From NCBI GenBank assembly GCA_041687695.1, contig JAWLBL010000015.1, positions 3,627-67,626 of the forward strand: DNA of 64,000 nt. Direction: 5' to 3'. This document shows, piece by piece, positions 32,491 through 42,830 of the stretch. How positions within the stretch are numbered: the stretch's first letter is position 1; each line of letters begins with the position of its first letter. The translations under genes were made by a program, and so were the position numbers. Below the pieces are notes generated by a model. That model saw only the letters and a list, made by a program, of their open reading frames with translations. It was not told the origin of the DNA and made no database searches. The stretch comes from Myxococcota bacterium (GTDB lineage Bacteria > Myxococcota_A > UBA9042 > PHBI01 > JAWLBL01).

Positions 32491-33633
32491 TTGCTGCCGC
32501 TGGCTGAAGCCGCGCAGACGCTGCGGGCGGCCTTCGAGCGCGCCAGCCGCGGGCTGGTCGAGCGCGAGGTGCTGGTCGAGCTGGTCGCCCTGGCGGCGGT
32601 GGCCGGCGAGCACGTCCTGGTGGTCGGCCCGCCCGGCACGGCCAAGAGCGAGGCCGTGCGTCGCGTGTCGGCGGCGCTGGGCGGGCGCTACTTCGAGTAC
32701 CTCTTGGGGCGCTTCACCGAGCCGAGCGAGCTGTTCGGGCCGGTCGATCTGCGGCAGCTGCGCGAGGGGCGGGTCGAGACCGACACCAGCGGGATGCTGC
32801 CCGAGGCCGAGGTGGCCTTCCTGGACGAGGTGTTCCTGGGCTCGACCGCCATCCTGAACACGCTGCTGGGGCTGCTCAACGAGCGGCGCTTCCGGCGCGG
32901 CCACACCGACGTCCCGGTGCCGCTGCGCGTGTGCGTCGGCGCGACCAACCTGCTGCCCGACGAGCCGGCGCTGGCGGCCTTCGCCGACCGCTTCCTGGTC
33001 CGCGCCTTCATCGAGGGCATCCCCGACCCGCGCCTGGAAGACCTGCTCGAGTCGGGCTGGGCCCTGGACCGGCAGCCGCCTCAGGGCGGCGCCAGCATCG
33101 CGCACCTGGACCGGCTGGCGACGGCGGCGCGCGACGTCGACCTCAGCGCCGTCAGGCCCCACCTGGCCCACGCGGTGCGCCTGCTGCGCAGCTCGGGCAT
33201 CTCGCTGTCGGACCGGCGCATCGTCAAGAGCCAGCGCCTGGTGGCCGCAGCGGCGACCCTGGCCGGCCGCACCACCGCGACGGCGGCCGACCTGTGGCCC
33301 ATCATCTACGTGGTGCCCACGGCCGAGGCGCAGGAGGTGGCCCGCGACGTGCTGCGCGACCGCCTGGCGACCTCGCGCAACGCCAACGTGCCGGCGGCGG
33401 CCGCCGAGGCCAGCCTGGGGCCGCTGGCGCGCGCCGACCGCATCGCCGAGCGCGGGCGGCAGCTGCTGGCCGCGATGCCCGACCGCGCCGACGCCGAGGC
33501 GATGGGCCGCTGGCGCCTGGCGGCCGAGAGCGTCGGCCGCGCCATCGACGCCACCTTCGACCGCGACGCGCTGCCCGACGAGCTGCGCCAGCTGAGGGCG
33601 ACGCTGCTGCGGGTCATCAGCGACGCCGCCTGA
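32491..33633 (+). CDS. MoxR/RavA-like AAA+ ATPase
   Basis: Walker A GPPGTAKS, YLLGRFTEPSELFGP, Walker B FLDEVF, GATN, DRF, SDRR; GGAGG RBS. Confidence 0.93.
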   Translation: MLPLAEAAQTLRAAFERASRGLVEREVLVELVALAAVAGEHVLVVGPPGTAKSEAVRRVSAALGGRYFEYLLGRFTEPSELFGPVDLRQLREGRVETDTSGMLPEAEVAFLDEVFLGSTAILNTLLGLLNERRFRRGHTDVPVPLRVCVGATNLLPDEPALAAFADRFLVRAFIEGIPDPRLEDLLESGWALDRQPPQGGASIAHLDRLATAARDVDLSAVRPHLAHAVRLLRSSGISLSDRRIVKSQRLVAAAATLAGRTTATAADLWPIIYVVPTAEAQEVARDVLRDRLATSRNANVPAAAAEASLGPLARADRIAERGRQLLAAMPDRADAEAMGRWRLAAESVGRAIDATFDRDALPDELRQLRATLLRVISDAA

Positions 33634-34064
33634 TGGCCGCCGGGACGGTCGCGGTGACCTGGGGCCCGCGCGCCGAGCCGCTGACGCCGTGCGCGGTCGT
33701 CGGGCTGGGCGAGGCGGCGGCCGCGCTCGGCCGACGGCTGCTCGAGGCGGCGCCCGAGGGCCTGCTCGCGGTCGCCGGCGACGACCTGTTGCTGCTGTCC
33801 GGGCCCGAGGAGGCGCTGCCCTGGGTCGACGGGCTGGTCTGGCTGGGCCGCGACCCCGAGGCCGCCGAGCTGCTGATGCCGACGACGCTGCAGCCCTCGG
33901 CGCCGGCCGCGCTGGTGCAGCGCGCGCTGCTCGACCGCTTCGGGGCCGACGGCGGGCCCTGGGCGGTGCTGCCCGGGCAGGGGCGGGTCGTGTCGTGCGC
34001 GACGCTGCGGCCGCTGGAGCCCGAGCGGCTGACGCGCTGGCTGGCGTCGCGAGGCCGGCCGTGA
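33633..34064 (+). CDS. bpX5-like component of MoxR-vWA-beta-propeller ternary system
   Basis: TGATG coupling; VTWGPRAEPLTP..LPWVDGLVWLGRDP...LLMPT pattern; position in operon. Confidence 0.72.
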   Translation: MAAGTVAVTWGPRAEPLTPCAVVGLGEAAAALGRRLLEAAPEGLLAVAGDDLLLLSGPEEALPWVDGLVWLGRDPEAAELLMPTTLQPSAPAALVQRALLDRFGADGGPWAVLPGQGRVVSCATLRPLEPERLTRWLASRGRP

Positions 34065-35851
34065 GGAGCGCCGCGGCGCCGCCCCGCCTGCCGCGCCCGC
34101 TGGCGGCATGGGCCGAGGAGCTGGCCGTGTTCCCGCACGACCTGGCGCTGTCGCTGGGCGCCTGGCTCGAGCGGCTGTCGCTGGCCGTCGGGCCCTGGCG
34201 GCTGCCGGCGCTGGCGGGGAGCGGGGCCCCGGACGGGTACGGCGGCGTCGGGCGGCGCGGCAGCTACGAGCGGCTGCTGCACGGCGAGTGGCTGCTGGCG
34301 GCCGAGCTGCCCCAGGAGTTCGTGCGCCGGGCGGCGATGAGCGAGCACAGCTTCTTCGAACTGCAGCACGAGGCGCCCGCCGGGGCGCGGCGCTCGGTGG
34401 CGCTGTTCGACGCGGGGCCGCGGCAGCTGGGGTCGCCGCGCGTCGCCCAGCTGGCGCTGCTGCTGGTGCTGGCGCGGCGCGCGGCCGCCGCGGGGGCCAG
34501 CTTCGCCTGGGGCGTCCTGCAGGACCCGGCGGCGGGCCTCACCGAGGGCGTCGACGCGGCCGGCGTGCAGCGCCTGGTCGACACGCGCCTGGTCAGCGAC
34601 GCGACCCAGCGCGAGGTCGAGGCCTGGCAGCTGGCCCTGGTCGCGGCGGCGGGCGCGGACGACCCGCGGCGGGCCGACGACCTGTGGCTGGTCGGCGCGC
34701 CGGGGCTGTCACAGCGGGCGCACCACCTGGCGACCAGCCTGGTCGAGGTCGCCGACGTGCTGGACCCGGGGCGCCGGCAGGTCGCCGTCGACGTCATGCG
34801 CTGGCGCTCCGAGCGGCACCACCTCGTGCTGGACCTGCCGCCGTCCGACGCTTGCGCGCGCCTGTTGCGCAACCCGCTGGACGCCCCGCCGGGCGCGGTG
34901 TCCGGCGCCCATCTGGATCTGGACGGCAACCTGCTCTTCACGCCCAGCGGCCGGCAGGTCATCGCCCGGCAGGCGGACGGCGCGGTCGTCGCCCACACCA
35001 TCGGCAAAGGCCAGGCGAGCGCGCGCCGCAAGGCTCTGGCACCCGACGAGCGCTTGGTGGGCGTCGGCTGGCACAAGCGGCGTCTCGTCCATGCGACCTG
35101 GTCCGACGAACGTCTCAGGATTCACGGGCTGAGCGGTCTGGACGCGGAGTTCCTCGAGGTCGCGAGCAACCCCGAGTTCGTGCCCCCGGTCGCGGGCGCG
35201 CCGCTGGTGGGCTGCTACCCGGGCACCACGCACCGCGACCGCGGGCGCCTCGTGCTCGTGCTCGACGGCCGGCGCCAGCTCTTCGAAGTGGTGGTCCGCG
35301 AGCGCGCTCTGCGCGCGCTGGGGCTGGTGGTCGAAGATGTCGCCTGGATGACCTGGGGCGCGGCCTTCCTGTTTCGTGGCGGCGCCGAGGACGGCGGCCC
35401 CAACCTGCTGACCATCGACACGCTGGGGCGCGCCCGCCGGCACGCCTGGTCGGTGCGTTGGCCCGGCGGGACCCGCGCCCTGCTCGGCGGAGGGTCGCGT
35501 CAGACGCACACGTTCGCCGCCATCGAGTACGGCTACGGCGTCTGGAAGATCGCCCACGACACCATCGACGACGTCGAGCTGAACGCCGGGGAGCAGGCCA
35601 TCGGACTTCTGGCCCGGCACTGGCTGCGTGGACGGCCCGAGTTGGTGACTCTGACGCCAGATGGGCGCGAGGTCCGCTGGGCGCAAGAAGGGCCCGCGAA
35701 CGCCATCCGCGCGCCCTCCCGGATCGCATCGGCCGCGATCAGCCACGAGGCGCAGCGTGTCGCCTTGCTGACGAACCACGGGCAGCTACAGGTCTACGAC
35801 CTCGTCAGCGGCCAGCTGCTGCTGGACGTGCTGCCGGGGGACGCGCCATGA
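34061..35851 (+). CDS. Divergent vWA domain plus beta-propeller-like C-terminus (ternary system component)
   Basis: GYGGVGRRGSYERLLHGEW pre-vWA motif; RSVALFDAGPRQLGSPR (degenerate MIDAS); strand-rich C-terminus; GTGA/ATGA overlaps. Confidence 0.75.
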   Translation: MRSAAAPPRLPRPLAAWAEELAVFPHDLALSLGAWLERLSLAVGPWRLPALAGSGAPDGYGGVGRRGSYERLLHGEWLLAAELPQEFVRRAAMSEHSFFELQHEAPAGARRSVALFDAGPRQLGSPRVAQLALLLVLARRAAAAGASFAWGVLQDPAAGLTEGVDAAGVQRLVDTRLVSDATQREVEAWQLALVAAAGADDPRRADDLWLVGAPGLSQRAHHLATSLVEVADVLDPGRRQVAVDVMRWRSERHHLVLDLPPSDACARLLRNPLDAPPGAVSGAHLDLDGNLLFTPSGRQVIARQADGAVVAHTIGKGQASARRKALAPDERLVGVGWHKRRLVHATWSDERLRIHGLSGLDAEFLEVASNPEFVPPVAGAPLVGCYPGTTHRDRGRLVLVLDGRRQLFEVVVRERALRALGLVVEDVAWMTWGAAFLFRGGAEDGGPNLLTIDTLGRARRHAWSVRWPGGTRALLGGGSRQTHTFAAIEYGYGVWKIAHDTIDDVELNAGEQAIGLLARHWLRGRPELVTLTPDGREVRWAQEGPANAIRAPSRIASAAISHEAQRVALLTNHGQLQVYDLVSGQLLLDVLPGDAP

Positions 35852-38595
35852 ACCTGCGCGCCGTCCTGCCGCCGGTCGTGCGTCCGCGCGCGACGCACCA
35901 CGTCGGGTGGGTCGCGGCCGAGGGGCTGCTCTTCGACGAGGCGCCGCTGGGCGAGGCCGAGCTGCGGCGGCGCGTGCTGGCCCACTGGACGCCCGGCGCC
36001 GTGGTCCTGCGCGTCTCCGAGGGGTTGGTGCTGCTGCCGCCGCGCGCAATCATGGTGCGCTGCGAAGCCATCGGCGCGCTGCCGCTGACCCGCCTCGGCG
36101 CGGTCCTGGCCTCGGCGCCGCTGACCCTGCACGAGCTGGAGGCGCTGGACCCGCCGGCGGGCTCGCTGGTGCTGGTCAAGCACGGCGTCGCCATCGCGGT
36201 CGCCCTGGACGCGCAGGCCCTGGTCGACCCGGCCGAGTGGCTGGATCTGGGGCCGCTCGAGCCCACGCGGCCCGACGCCGTGGCCTCCGCGCCGGCCAGC
36301 CCGCCCACGCTGGCGCCGGTGGTCCCGACCCGCGCGCGGCTACTGGGGGCCGGCGAGCAGGCGCCGAGCGAGCTGGCCGAGGTGGTCGCCGCCCTCGAGC
36401 GCGCCCGCGAGGCGCCCGAAGCCGCGGACGCGGGCCCCGGTGTCGCCCAGCGCCTCGGCGCCAGCCTGGGCCGGTTGTGGTCTCGCCTGTTGCGACGCGA
36501 CAAGGTCGCCGCGGTCGACGCCGACCGTCCGCCGCGGCGGCCGGGGCGGCTCGCGCGCTGGGGGCAGGCCCTGCGCGGCCGGGTCGTGCGCTGGCTGGGG
36601 CTGGCTGGGCTCGGCGCCCTGATCGGCCGCCGCCAGGCCCGGTACATCGGCCGCATGATGGAGATGTTCGAGAAGGGCTCGCTCGACGAGGCCCTTCGCC
36701 ACGCCATCCCGCTCAGCGCGCACCGGCCGCCCTCGGCGCTGCAGATGGACCCGCTGCGGCTGCCGCGGCCGCGCCGCGACCTGCGGGTGTCCTCGGCGGG
36801 GCAGGGGCCGACCATGGGCGTGGCGCTGCAGGACGCGCTGTACGACCAGCTGCGCCAGATGTATCGCGTGGCCTTCAACCGCCTGAAGTTCCAGGAGCGC
36901 ATCCCCGAGGCGGCCTTCGTGCTGGCCGAGCTGCTCGACGAGCCCGAGCGCGCGGTGGAGCTGTGCGAGGAGACGGGGCTGCTGACCCTGGCGGCCGAGA
37001 TCGCCGAGGCGCGCGAGCTGCCCCCGGGGTTGGTGGTGCGCCAGTGGTTCCTGGCGGGTGACCGGGCGCGGGCGGTGCGGCTGGCGCGGCGCGGCGGGGC
37101 CTTCGCGGACGCGGTGGTGCGGCTCGAGCGGACGGACCCGGCGGCGGCCGACGCGCTGCGCCTGCTTTGGGCCGACGCGATGGCCGAGTCGGGCGACTTC
37201 CCGACCGCGGTCGACGTGGTGTGGCCGGTCGAGGCGGCGCGCTCGCTGGCGCGCGCGTGGATGGACCGGGCGGTCGCGGTCGGCGGCGCGACGGCGGCGC
37301 GGATGCTGGCGCGCAAGGCGGCGCTGGTGCCCGAGGCCTTCGCGGACGTGTGCGGGCAGGCGCTGGCGCTGCTGGACGACGAGCGGCCCGAGGCCGAGCC
37401 GGCGCGGCGGGCCTTCGTCGAGGCGCTGGAGGCGGGGCCGGCGACCCGCGAGACGGCGACGCTGGCGCGGCCGGCGCTGCGGGCGTGGGTGCGAGACCGG
37501 GCGGCCCACGGGCGGGTGCCGCAGCGGCGCGAGCTGGAGCGGCTGCTGGCGCTGGCGGACGACGGGGCGCTGCGGGCGGACGTGCGGCGGCTGGGGCTGG
37601 GTCCGGCGGGGGCGACGGCGCCCGAGCGGCCGGCGGTCGTGCGGCTGGAGGCGCTGGGTGGCGGGGCGCTGGAGCCGCGCGACGCGGCGCTGACGGCCGA
37701 CGGGCGGCTGCTGGTGGCGCTGGGCGAGGCGGGGACGCGGCTGGTCACGCTGGATGGGCGGGCGGTGGCGCACTTCGAGGCGCCGGCGGACCGGCTGGTG
37801 ATGGCGGACGGCGGGGACCGGGCGCTGGCGGTGGCCTCGCGCGGCGGGCTGACGCGCGTGACCCGCGTCGACCTGGCGGGGCGGCAGGTGCGGCCCTGGG
37901 GCGAGCTGGCGCTGACGACTTGGGCGCCGACCTACGACGGGTCGCTGTGGTTCGTGGCCAACGGCGACGCGGTCGAGGCGCTGGACGCGCTGGCGGACGC
38001 GCCGGCCAGCCTGTGGCGGGTGGGCGACCTGGGCGGGACCGTGGCCTATCTGGCGCGATCGGAGCGGCGGCTGTCGTTCCTGGTCGAGGACCCCGCGGCG
38101 CTCGACCGGCCGGGCGACGACTCGCCCTGGGCGCTGTGGACCTACGGGCTGCCCGATCCGCGGCTGAAGACGCGGGCGCCGGTGCGCTTCGACGTCGGCG
38201 CCGAGGTCGGCCTGGCGCTGGGGCTGGCGCCCGAGGGCGTCGCCGTGGGCCTGCGGACGGCGGACGAGGCCAGCGAGCTGGTGCTGCGCCCGCACGGCGC
38301 CCACATGCCGCCGACGCCCAGCGCGCTGCCGCCCCGCGAGGGCGCCATCCACCTGCGGGCGGCCTTCTCGCAGCGCTGGATGGCGGTGCCGCGCATGTCG
38401 GTTGCGCCGCTGTCGGCCGACGTGCACGTCTACGACCGGATGGACGGGGCGCTGGCCGTGCGGGTCGAGCTGATCGGCTGCGCGCCCGTCGCCGTGCGCC
38501 TGCAGGACCGCCTGATGACGCTGGTGGACGATCGCGGCCGGGTCGCCGTCGTGGACCTCGACCTCGGCGAGCTGTGGCGGCACGTCAGGCTCTGA
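35848..38595 (+). CDS. bpX6-like protein with helical middle and C-terminal beta-propeller (ternary system component)
   Basis: VRPR..HHVG.VAA.GLLFD...GEAELRRRVLAHWTPG; EALRHAIPL; EAAFVLAELL; DAALTADGRLLVALGEAG. Confidence 0.75.
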   Translation: MNLRAVLPPVVRPRATHHVGWVAAEGLLFDEAPLGEAELRRRVLAHWTPGAVVLRVSEGLVLLPPRAIMVRCEAIGALPLTRLGAVLASAPLTLHELEALDPPAGSLVLVKHGVAIAVALDAQALVDPAEWLDLGPLEPTRPDAVASAPASPPTLAPVVPTRARLLGAGEQAPSELAEVVAALERAREAPEAADAGPGVAQRLGASLGRLWSRLLRRDKVAAVDADRPPRRPGRLARWGQALRGRVVRWLGLAGLGALIGRRQARYIGRMMEMFEKGSLDEALRHAIPLSAHRPPSALQMDPLRLPRPRRDLRVSSAGQGPTMGVALQDALYDQLRQMYRVAFNRLKFQERIPEAAFVLAELLDEPERAVELCEETGLLTLAAEIAEARELPPGLVVRQWFLAGDRARAVRLARRGGAFADAVVRLERTDPAAADALRLLWADAMAESGDFPTAVDVVWPVEAARSLARAWMDRAVAVGGATAARMLARKAALVPEAFADVCGQALALLDDERPEAEPARRAFVEALEAGPATRETATLARPALRAWVRDRAAHGRVPQRRELERLLALADDGALRADVRRLGLGPAGATAPERPAVVRLEALGGGALEPRDAALTADGRLLVALGEAGTRLVTLDGRAVAHFEAPADRLVMADGGDRALAVASRGGLTRVTRVDLAGRQVRPWGELALTTWAPTYDGSLWFVANGDAVEALDALADAPASLWRVGDLGGTVAYLARSERRLSFLVEDPAALDRPGDDSPWALWTYGLPDPRLKTRAPVRFDVGAEVGLALGLAPEGVAVGLRTADEASELVLRPHGAHMPPTPSALPPREGAIHLRAAFSQRWMAVPRMSVAPLSADVHVYDRMDGALAVRVELIGCAPVAVRLQDRLMTLVDDRGRVAVVDLDLGELWRHVRL

Positions 38596-38725
38596 GCGCG
38601 GCGCGGCCCCCGCGGCGAAGCGGTCTTGGCGCCGCCGCCCTTGCGTCACGGGGCCCGGGGGCATATGACTCTCCGCCTTCCCCGACCCCCGGCATCGCCC
38701 GACACCCGCGCCCCCGAGGCCCCCG

Positions 38726-39727
38726 ATGAAGTCGACCCGTCTCCTCCGACCTGCGCTCGCCCTGGCCCTCGTGGCCCTGCTCGCCCCCGGCTGCAAGAAG
38801 GACGCGGCCGAAGCGCCCCCGGGCGCCGCCCAGAACGGCGGTTCTGGCGGCGGCGGCGGCGGCGCCATCGACACCAAGGGGTTCCCGGCGGTCGGCGAGG
38901 CGCCGCAGATCGAGGTGGTCAACCAGGGCGCCGAGCCCCGCCAGCAGCTGCGCTACAAGGTCCAGGCGGGCCACTCCGAGCAGATGCTGATGGTCATGAA
39001 CATGCAGATGTCCATGACCATGGGCGGCAACGCGATGCCGTCGGCCGAGCTGCCCGCGATGGAGCTGTCGGCGGCGGTGGACGTCAAGGAGGTGACGGGC
39101 GAGGGCGACATCCGCTACGAGTTCCGCTTCACCGACGCCAACGTGGTCGAGTCGCCGTCGGTCAACCCGCAGGTGGTCGCGGCCATCCGCGACGCGCTGC
39201 AGGGCGTGACGACCCTCAAGGGCGAGGCCGTCGTGTCGCCGCGGGGCGTGGTGAAGAAGGCCGCCATCGACGTGTCGGGCATCGAGAACCCGCAGCTCAA
39301 GCAGATGATGGAGAACCTGCAGCGCTCGCTCGACCAGATGTCGGTGCCGCTGCCCGAGCAGGCGGTCGGCCAGGGCGCCGAGTGGAAGGTCAAGCAGGCC
39401 ATCGAGCAGGGCGGCCTGCGGGTGTTCCAGACGTCGACCATGAAGCTGGCGTCGCTCGAGGGCGACAAGGTCAAGCTCGACGTCCAGGTCGAGCAGAACG
39501 CGCCCCAGCAGACCTTCTCGCCGCCGGGCATGCCGTCGGGCGCCTCGGCGCAGATCGACAAGCTCCACACGACGGGCGCGGGGACGACCACGGTCGACCT
39601 CAACCGCATCATCCCGACCTCCAAGCTGAACATGAAGACCAACATGGCGATGGTCATCCAGATGGGCGACCAGCGGCAGCCGATGGGGACCGACATGACG
39701 GTCGACATGTCCATCCAGCCCAAGTAA
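38726..39727 (+). CDS. Lipoprotein, DUF6263-like
   Basis: Lipobox [28 protein letters not shown]. Confidence 0.78.
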   Translation: MKSTRLLRPALALALVALLAPGCKKDAAEAPPGAAQNGGSGGGGGGAIDTKGFPAVGEAPQIEVVNQGAEPRQQLRYKVQAGHSEQMLMVMNMQMSMTMGGNAMPSAELPAMELSAAVDVKEVTGEGDIRYEFRFTDANVVESPSVNPQVVAAIRDALQGVTTLKGEAVVSPRGVVKKAAIDVSGIENPQLKQMMENLQRSLDQMSVPLPEQAVGQGAEWKVKQAIEQGGLRVFQTSTMKLASLEGDKVKLDVQVEQNAPQQTFSPPGMPSGASAQIDKLHTTGAGTTTVDLNRIIPTSKLNMKTNMAMVIQMGDQRQPMGTDMTVDMSIQPK

Positions 39728-39734
39728 CGACGCC

Positions 39735-40634
39735 GTGACGCTGCCGCCCGAGACGACCGCCCGCCTGCTCATCACCTGCCCCGACCGCCCCGGCATCGTC
39801 GCGGCGGTCGCGGGCTTCATGCACGCGCACGGCGCCAACATCACCGCCCTCGACCAGCACTCGACCGATCCCGAGGGCGGGACCTTCTTCATGCGCCTCG
39901 AGTTCCAGACCCCCCACCTGGATCTCTCCCGCGCCGCCTTCGAGCGCGCCTTCCAGTCGGTGGTCGCCTCGCGCTTCTCGATGGACTGGCGCCTCAGCTA
40001 CGCCGCCGCCCCCAAGCGCCTGGTCATCCTGGTCTCCAAGTGGGACCACGCCCTGCTCGAGCTGCTCTGGCAGACCAGCCGCGGCGAGCTGAACGCCCGC
40101 GTCGCCATGGTCATCAGCAACCACCCCGACCTGCGCGCGGCCACCGAGGCCTTCGGCGTCCCCTACCACCACGTCCCGGTCGCCCGCGACACCAAGGCCG
40201 AGTCCGAGGCCCGCATCCTCGAGCTCATCGCCGGCATGGACCCCGAGGCGGCTGAGGGACCGGCCGCCCCCCACGCGATCGTCCTCGCCCGCTACATGCA
40301 GATCCTGTCGGCCGACTTCGTCGACCGCTTCCCCAGCCGCATCATCAACATCCACCACTCCTTTTTGCCCGCCTTCGTCGGCGCCAACCCCTACCACCGC
40401 GCCTCCGAGCGCGGCGTCAAGCTCATCGGCGCCACCGCCCACTACGTCACCTCCGAGCTCGACGCCGGCCCCATCATCGAGCAGGACGTCGGCCGCGTCT
40501 CCCACCGCGACACGGTCCGCGACCTCATCGACCTGGGCCGCGACCTCGAGCGCCGCGTCCTCGCCCGCGCCGTCCGCTGGCACTGCGAGGACCGCCTGCT
40601 CGTCCACGAGAACAAGACCGTCGTCTTCCGCTAG
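39735..40634 (+). CDS. purU: Formyltetrahydrofolate deformylase
   Basis: ACT domain [56 protein letters not shown]. Confidence 0.97.
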   Translation: MTLPPETTARLLITCPDRPGIVAAVAGFMHAHGANITALDQHSTDPEGGTFFMRLEFQTPHLDLSRAAFERAFQSVVASRFSMDWRLSYAAAPKRLVILVSKWDHALLELLWQTSRGELNARVAMVISNHPDLRAATEAFGVPYHHVPVARDTKAESEARILELIAGMDPEAAEGPAAPHAIVLARYMQILSADFVDRFPSRIINIHHSFLPAFVGANPYHRASERGVKLIGATAHYVTSELDAGPIIEQDVGRVSHRDTVRDLIDLGRDLERRVLARAVRWHCEDRLLVHENKTVVFR

Positions 40635-40817
40635 CCGCCCCCGCCCGCGCCCCCCTGCAATGCCGTGAAACGCGATCCGTCCCGGACGGCTTGCGACCGC
40701 GCCGGGGCTGTGCTAGGACGCCGTCCACACGTAACGCCTAACGGGCTGGCAAGGGGCAGGGACGACCCCTCAAACAGCCGCCGTGATGCTGTCGAGACGG
40801 TATAGGAGGAGCAACGG

Positions 40818-41972
40818 ATGAAGGCGACGCAGTACGGGTTGATCTGGGGGCTCACACTCGCGACCGCGCTGACTAGCGCGTGCGCCAGCGCAGGGCGATG
40901 GTTCGACACCAAAGAAAACGTCGACAAGGAGTTCAATGACGGCAACGAGGGCGCGCTCGCCGACCGATGCATCGATGACACGGCAGCGTTCGAGACGAAT
41001 TCGGACTCGTACCATGTCGCTCAACATGCCTGTGGTCGGTACAACGAGCTGCAGGCCAAGAAGCTTGCGCAGGCGTATGAAGCGGGCAATTTCGAAACCG
41101 TCCAGGGGGTCTGCGAGGGTACAATCGACTTCATGAAGGACCCGAAGGGGCGGCAGGTCGTCCTGCGAGAGATGGCCATGCGCCAGACTCTCGAGGCGTA
41201 TCATGCGTATCGTCATGAAGTGTCCGGCATCGACAACAACAAGGAACCTCTTCGCTTCACGGCCTGCGCGATGATGATTGCCAATGCCAAGGGCAACGCG
41301 ATGGCCGAGTTGAAGACTGATGTCGCCGCCTGTAAGCCCGGTGATGAACTCTATCAGAAGTACATCGAAAAGGCTTTCTCTGGCATGAATAGCGGCGACC
41401 AGAAGACCGAAGCCTATCTGCTGCTCGGCTCAGGCATGGCCAAATGCAAGCAATGGGATTTCGTTTTCGAGAAGCTCGTGCACTGGGGCGGCGAGAGTGG
41501 CATGAAGCTGTTGAACAACCTGAGCCGTGACGGCCATGATGTCGCTGCTCTCACGCGTGACTACGTCACTCGCAAGAAGTCGAATGTGTTCGGATTCAAG
41601 CACGGCTCGCATGCGGCCGCCAACCTGGTGGCGTGGCTGCGTAATTCAAACAAGTTCGAGTGCGACTTCTATGTGAAGAACTACCCCAACTTTAGCCCGG
41701 ATTCTCACGGAGAGTGGCTGTACTACTTCGCGGAAGGCAACTGCACGAAGGCCGCACCGTTCGCCGTGAAGCGGCTCTCCAACGGCAACGCTCAGATCCG
41801 CCGGCAAGCCTGCAATGTTCTGGGTACGATTGGATCGAAGAAGGACATTCCCAAGCTTCAGGCGATCGCCGACAATGATGCGACTTTCGAGATCCAGGGT
41901 CTCAATACGAAGGTGTACTGGGTGCGTGATGCTTGTCGGAACTCGATCGGCAAGATCCAGCTGAGAAACTGA
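40818..41972 (+). CDS. Lipoprotein with C-terminal HEAT repeat; compositionally foreign
   Basis: AGGAGG RBS; lipobox LTSAC; IRRQACNVLGTIG..VRDAC; Lys/Asn-rich and visibly more A/T than flanks. Confidence 0.85.
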   Translation: MKATQYGLIWGLTLATALTSACASAGRWFDTKENVDKEFNDGNEGALADRCIDDTAAFETNSDSYHVAQHACGRYNELQAKKLAQAYEAGNFETVQGVCEGTIDFMKDPKGRQVVLREMAMRQTLEAYHAYRHEVSGIDNNKEPLRFTACAMMIANAKGNAMAELKTDVAACKPGDELYQKYIEKAFSGMNSGDQKTEAYLLLGSGMAKCKQWDFVFEKLVHWGGESGMKLLNNLSRDGHDVAALTRDYVTRKKSNVFGFKHGSHAAANLVAWLRNSNKFECDFYVKNYPNFSPDSHGEWLYYFAEGNCTKAAPFAVKRLSNGNAQIRRQACNVLGTIGSKKDIPKLQAIADNDATFEIQGLNTKVYWVRDACRNSIGKIQLRN

Positions 41973-41995
41973 CAGCCAGACAATCGTGAGACAGT

Positions 41996-42029
41996 GAAGG
42001 CTGGGCGGACATCGGTCCGCTCAGCCTTC
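41996..42029. terminator. Strong hairpin, likely bidirectional terminator
   Basis: GAAGGCTGGGCGGAC-ATCG-GTCCGCTCAGCCTTC. Confidence 0.65.
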
Positions 42030-42036
42030 CTGCTTT

Positions 42037-42118
42037 CGGGCGACGGCGAGGAGGTCGAGGCCGGGCCTGGGGAGGACGTCGTCGAGGCGCTCGAGGGCCG
42101 GGGTGGGCAGCTCGGAGG
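42037..42118 (-). repeat. Displaced 82-bp copy of the glycosyltransferase 3' end (partner 42841-42922)
   Basis: 76/82 identical by manual alignment; encodes SELPTPALERLDDVLPRPGLDLLAVAR vs SELLTPALERLDDVLPWPGLDLLAVAR. Confidence 0.9.
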
Positions 42119-42264
42119 GCGTGTGGGAAGGTCGAAGCCGACGTGGTTGTAGCGGACTGGTCCGAGGGGCCGCGAAGGGCTGGGGGCTGCGGACAGGACG
42201 GTGAACTGGTGGCGCCGGAACGCAGACCCTGTGTTCTGCCCGTGTGGCGATGCGCGCGTAGTCG

Positions 42265-42612
42265 TCACTCGGGCGGCTCGCCGCCATCGACGCACTCGGT
42301 GTCGCACACGGCACCGCCGGCTTCCATCACGCATTGGCCGTCGGACGAGTAGTAGCCGCCCTCGCAGGGGGGCCGCTCGGGGCAACGCTCGATGGGCAGC
42401 AAGTAGGCGCATCCTGCGCAGTAGGCGCCGCAGGTGTCGAAGGCGAGGCTGAAGTCTGGATAGGTGGGTTGGAGCCTGGTGCACCCATAGCGCACGTCGT
42501 CTTCGCTGATCAGCCCGCCGTGGAGGGAGCCGTAGGTCGTGGAGAATCCCGTGAGTGGGCAGCCATGGCAAGGGGGGACTGGGTCAAATCCAGGGTCGTC
42601 GCAAGTCCACAG
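42265..42612 (-). pseudogene. 5'-truncated fragment of a Cys-rich protein gene
   Basis: Frame reads LWTCDDPGFDPVPPCHGCPLTGF...CGAYCAGC...CDTECVDGGEPPE*; no start codon upstream of this stretch before hairpin/REP DNA and a stop at ~42703. Confidence 0.5.
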
Positions 42613-42703
42613 CGGTCGGTTCCGCCGGCGCGCGGCGGCCGTCCAGAGCGCCGGTAGGGCCGGCTCTTTGGACGGCCGCCAAAGGCGTAGTTGGTCGCGA
42701 ACT

Positions 42704-42739
42704 CATAGCGCCGGCATGGCCGGCGCGCTCCACAGCGCC
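42704..42739 (-). repeat. Solo REP element of the same family as the 171-bp array
   Basis: Minus strand TGGAGCGCGCCGGC-CAT-GCCGGCGCTATG; adjacent 12-bp stem GGCGGCCGTCCA/TGGACGGCCGCC (42634-42680). Confidence 0.75.
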
Positions 42740-42830
42740 TGCGGCGCGAGAACGCATCGTGCCAACGCTCGTTCTTGCGATGGCCCTGAGGGCGAGACGG
42801 CCTGGCTCGGTGCGCGCTGGGTCGGCCCTT

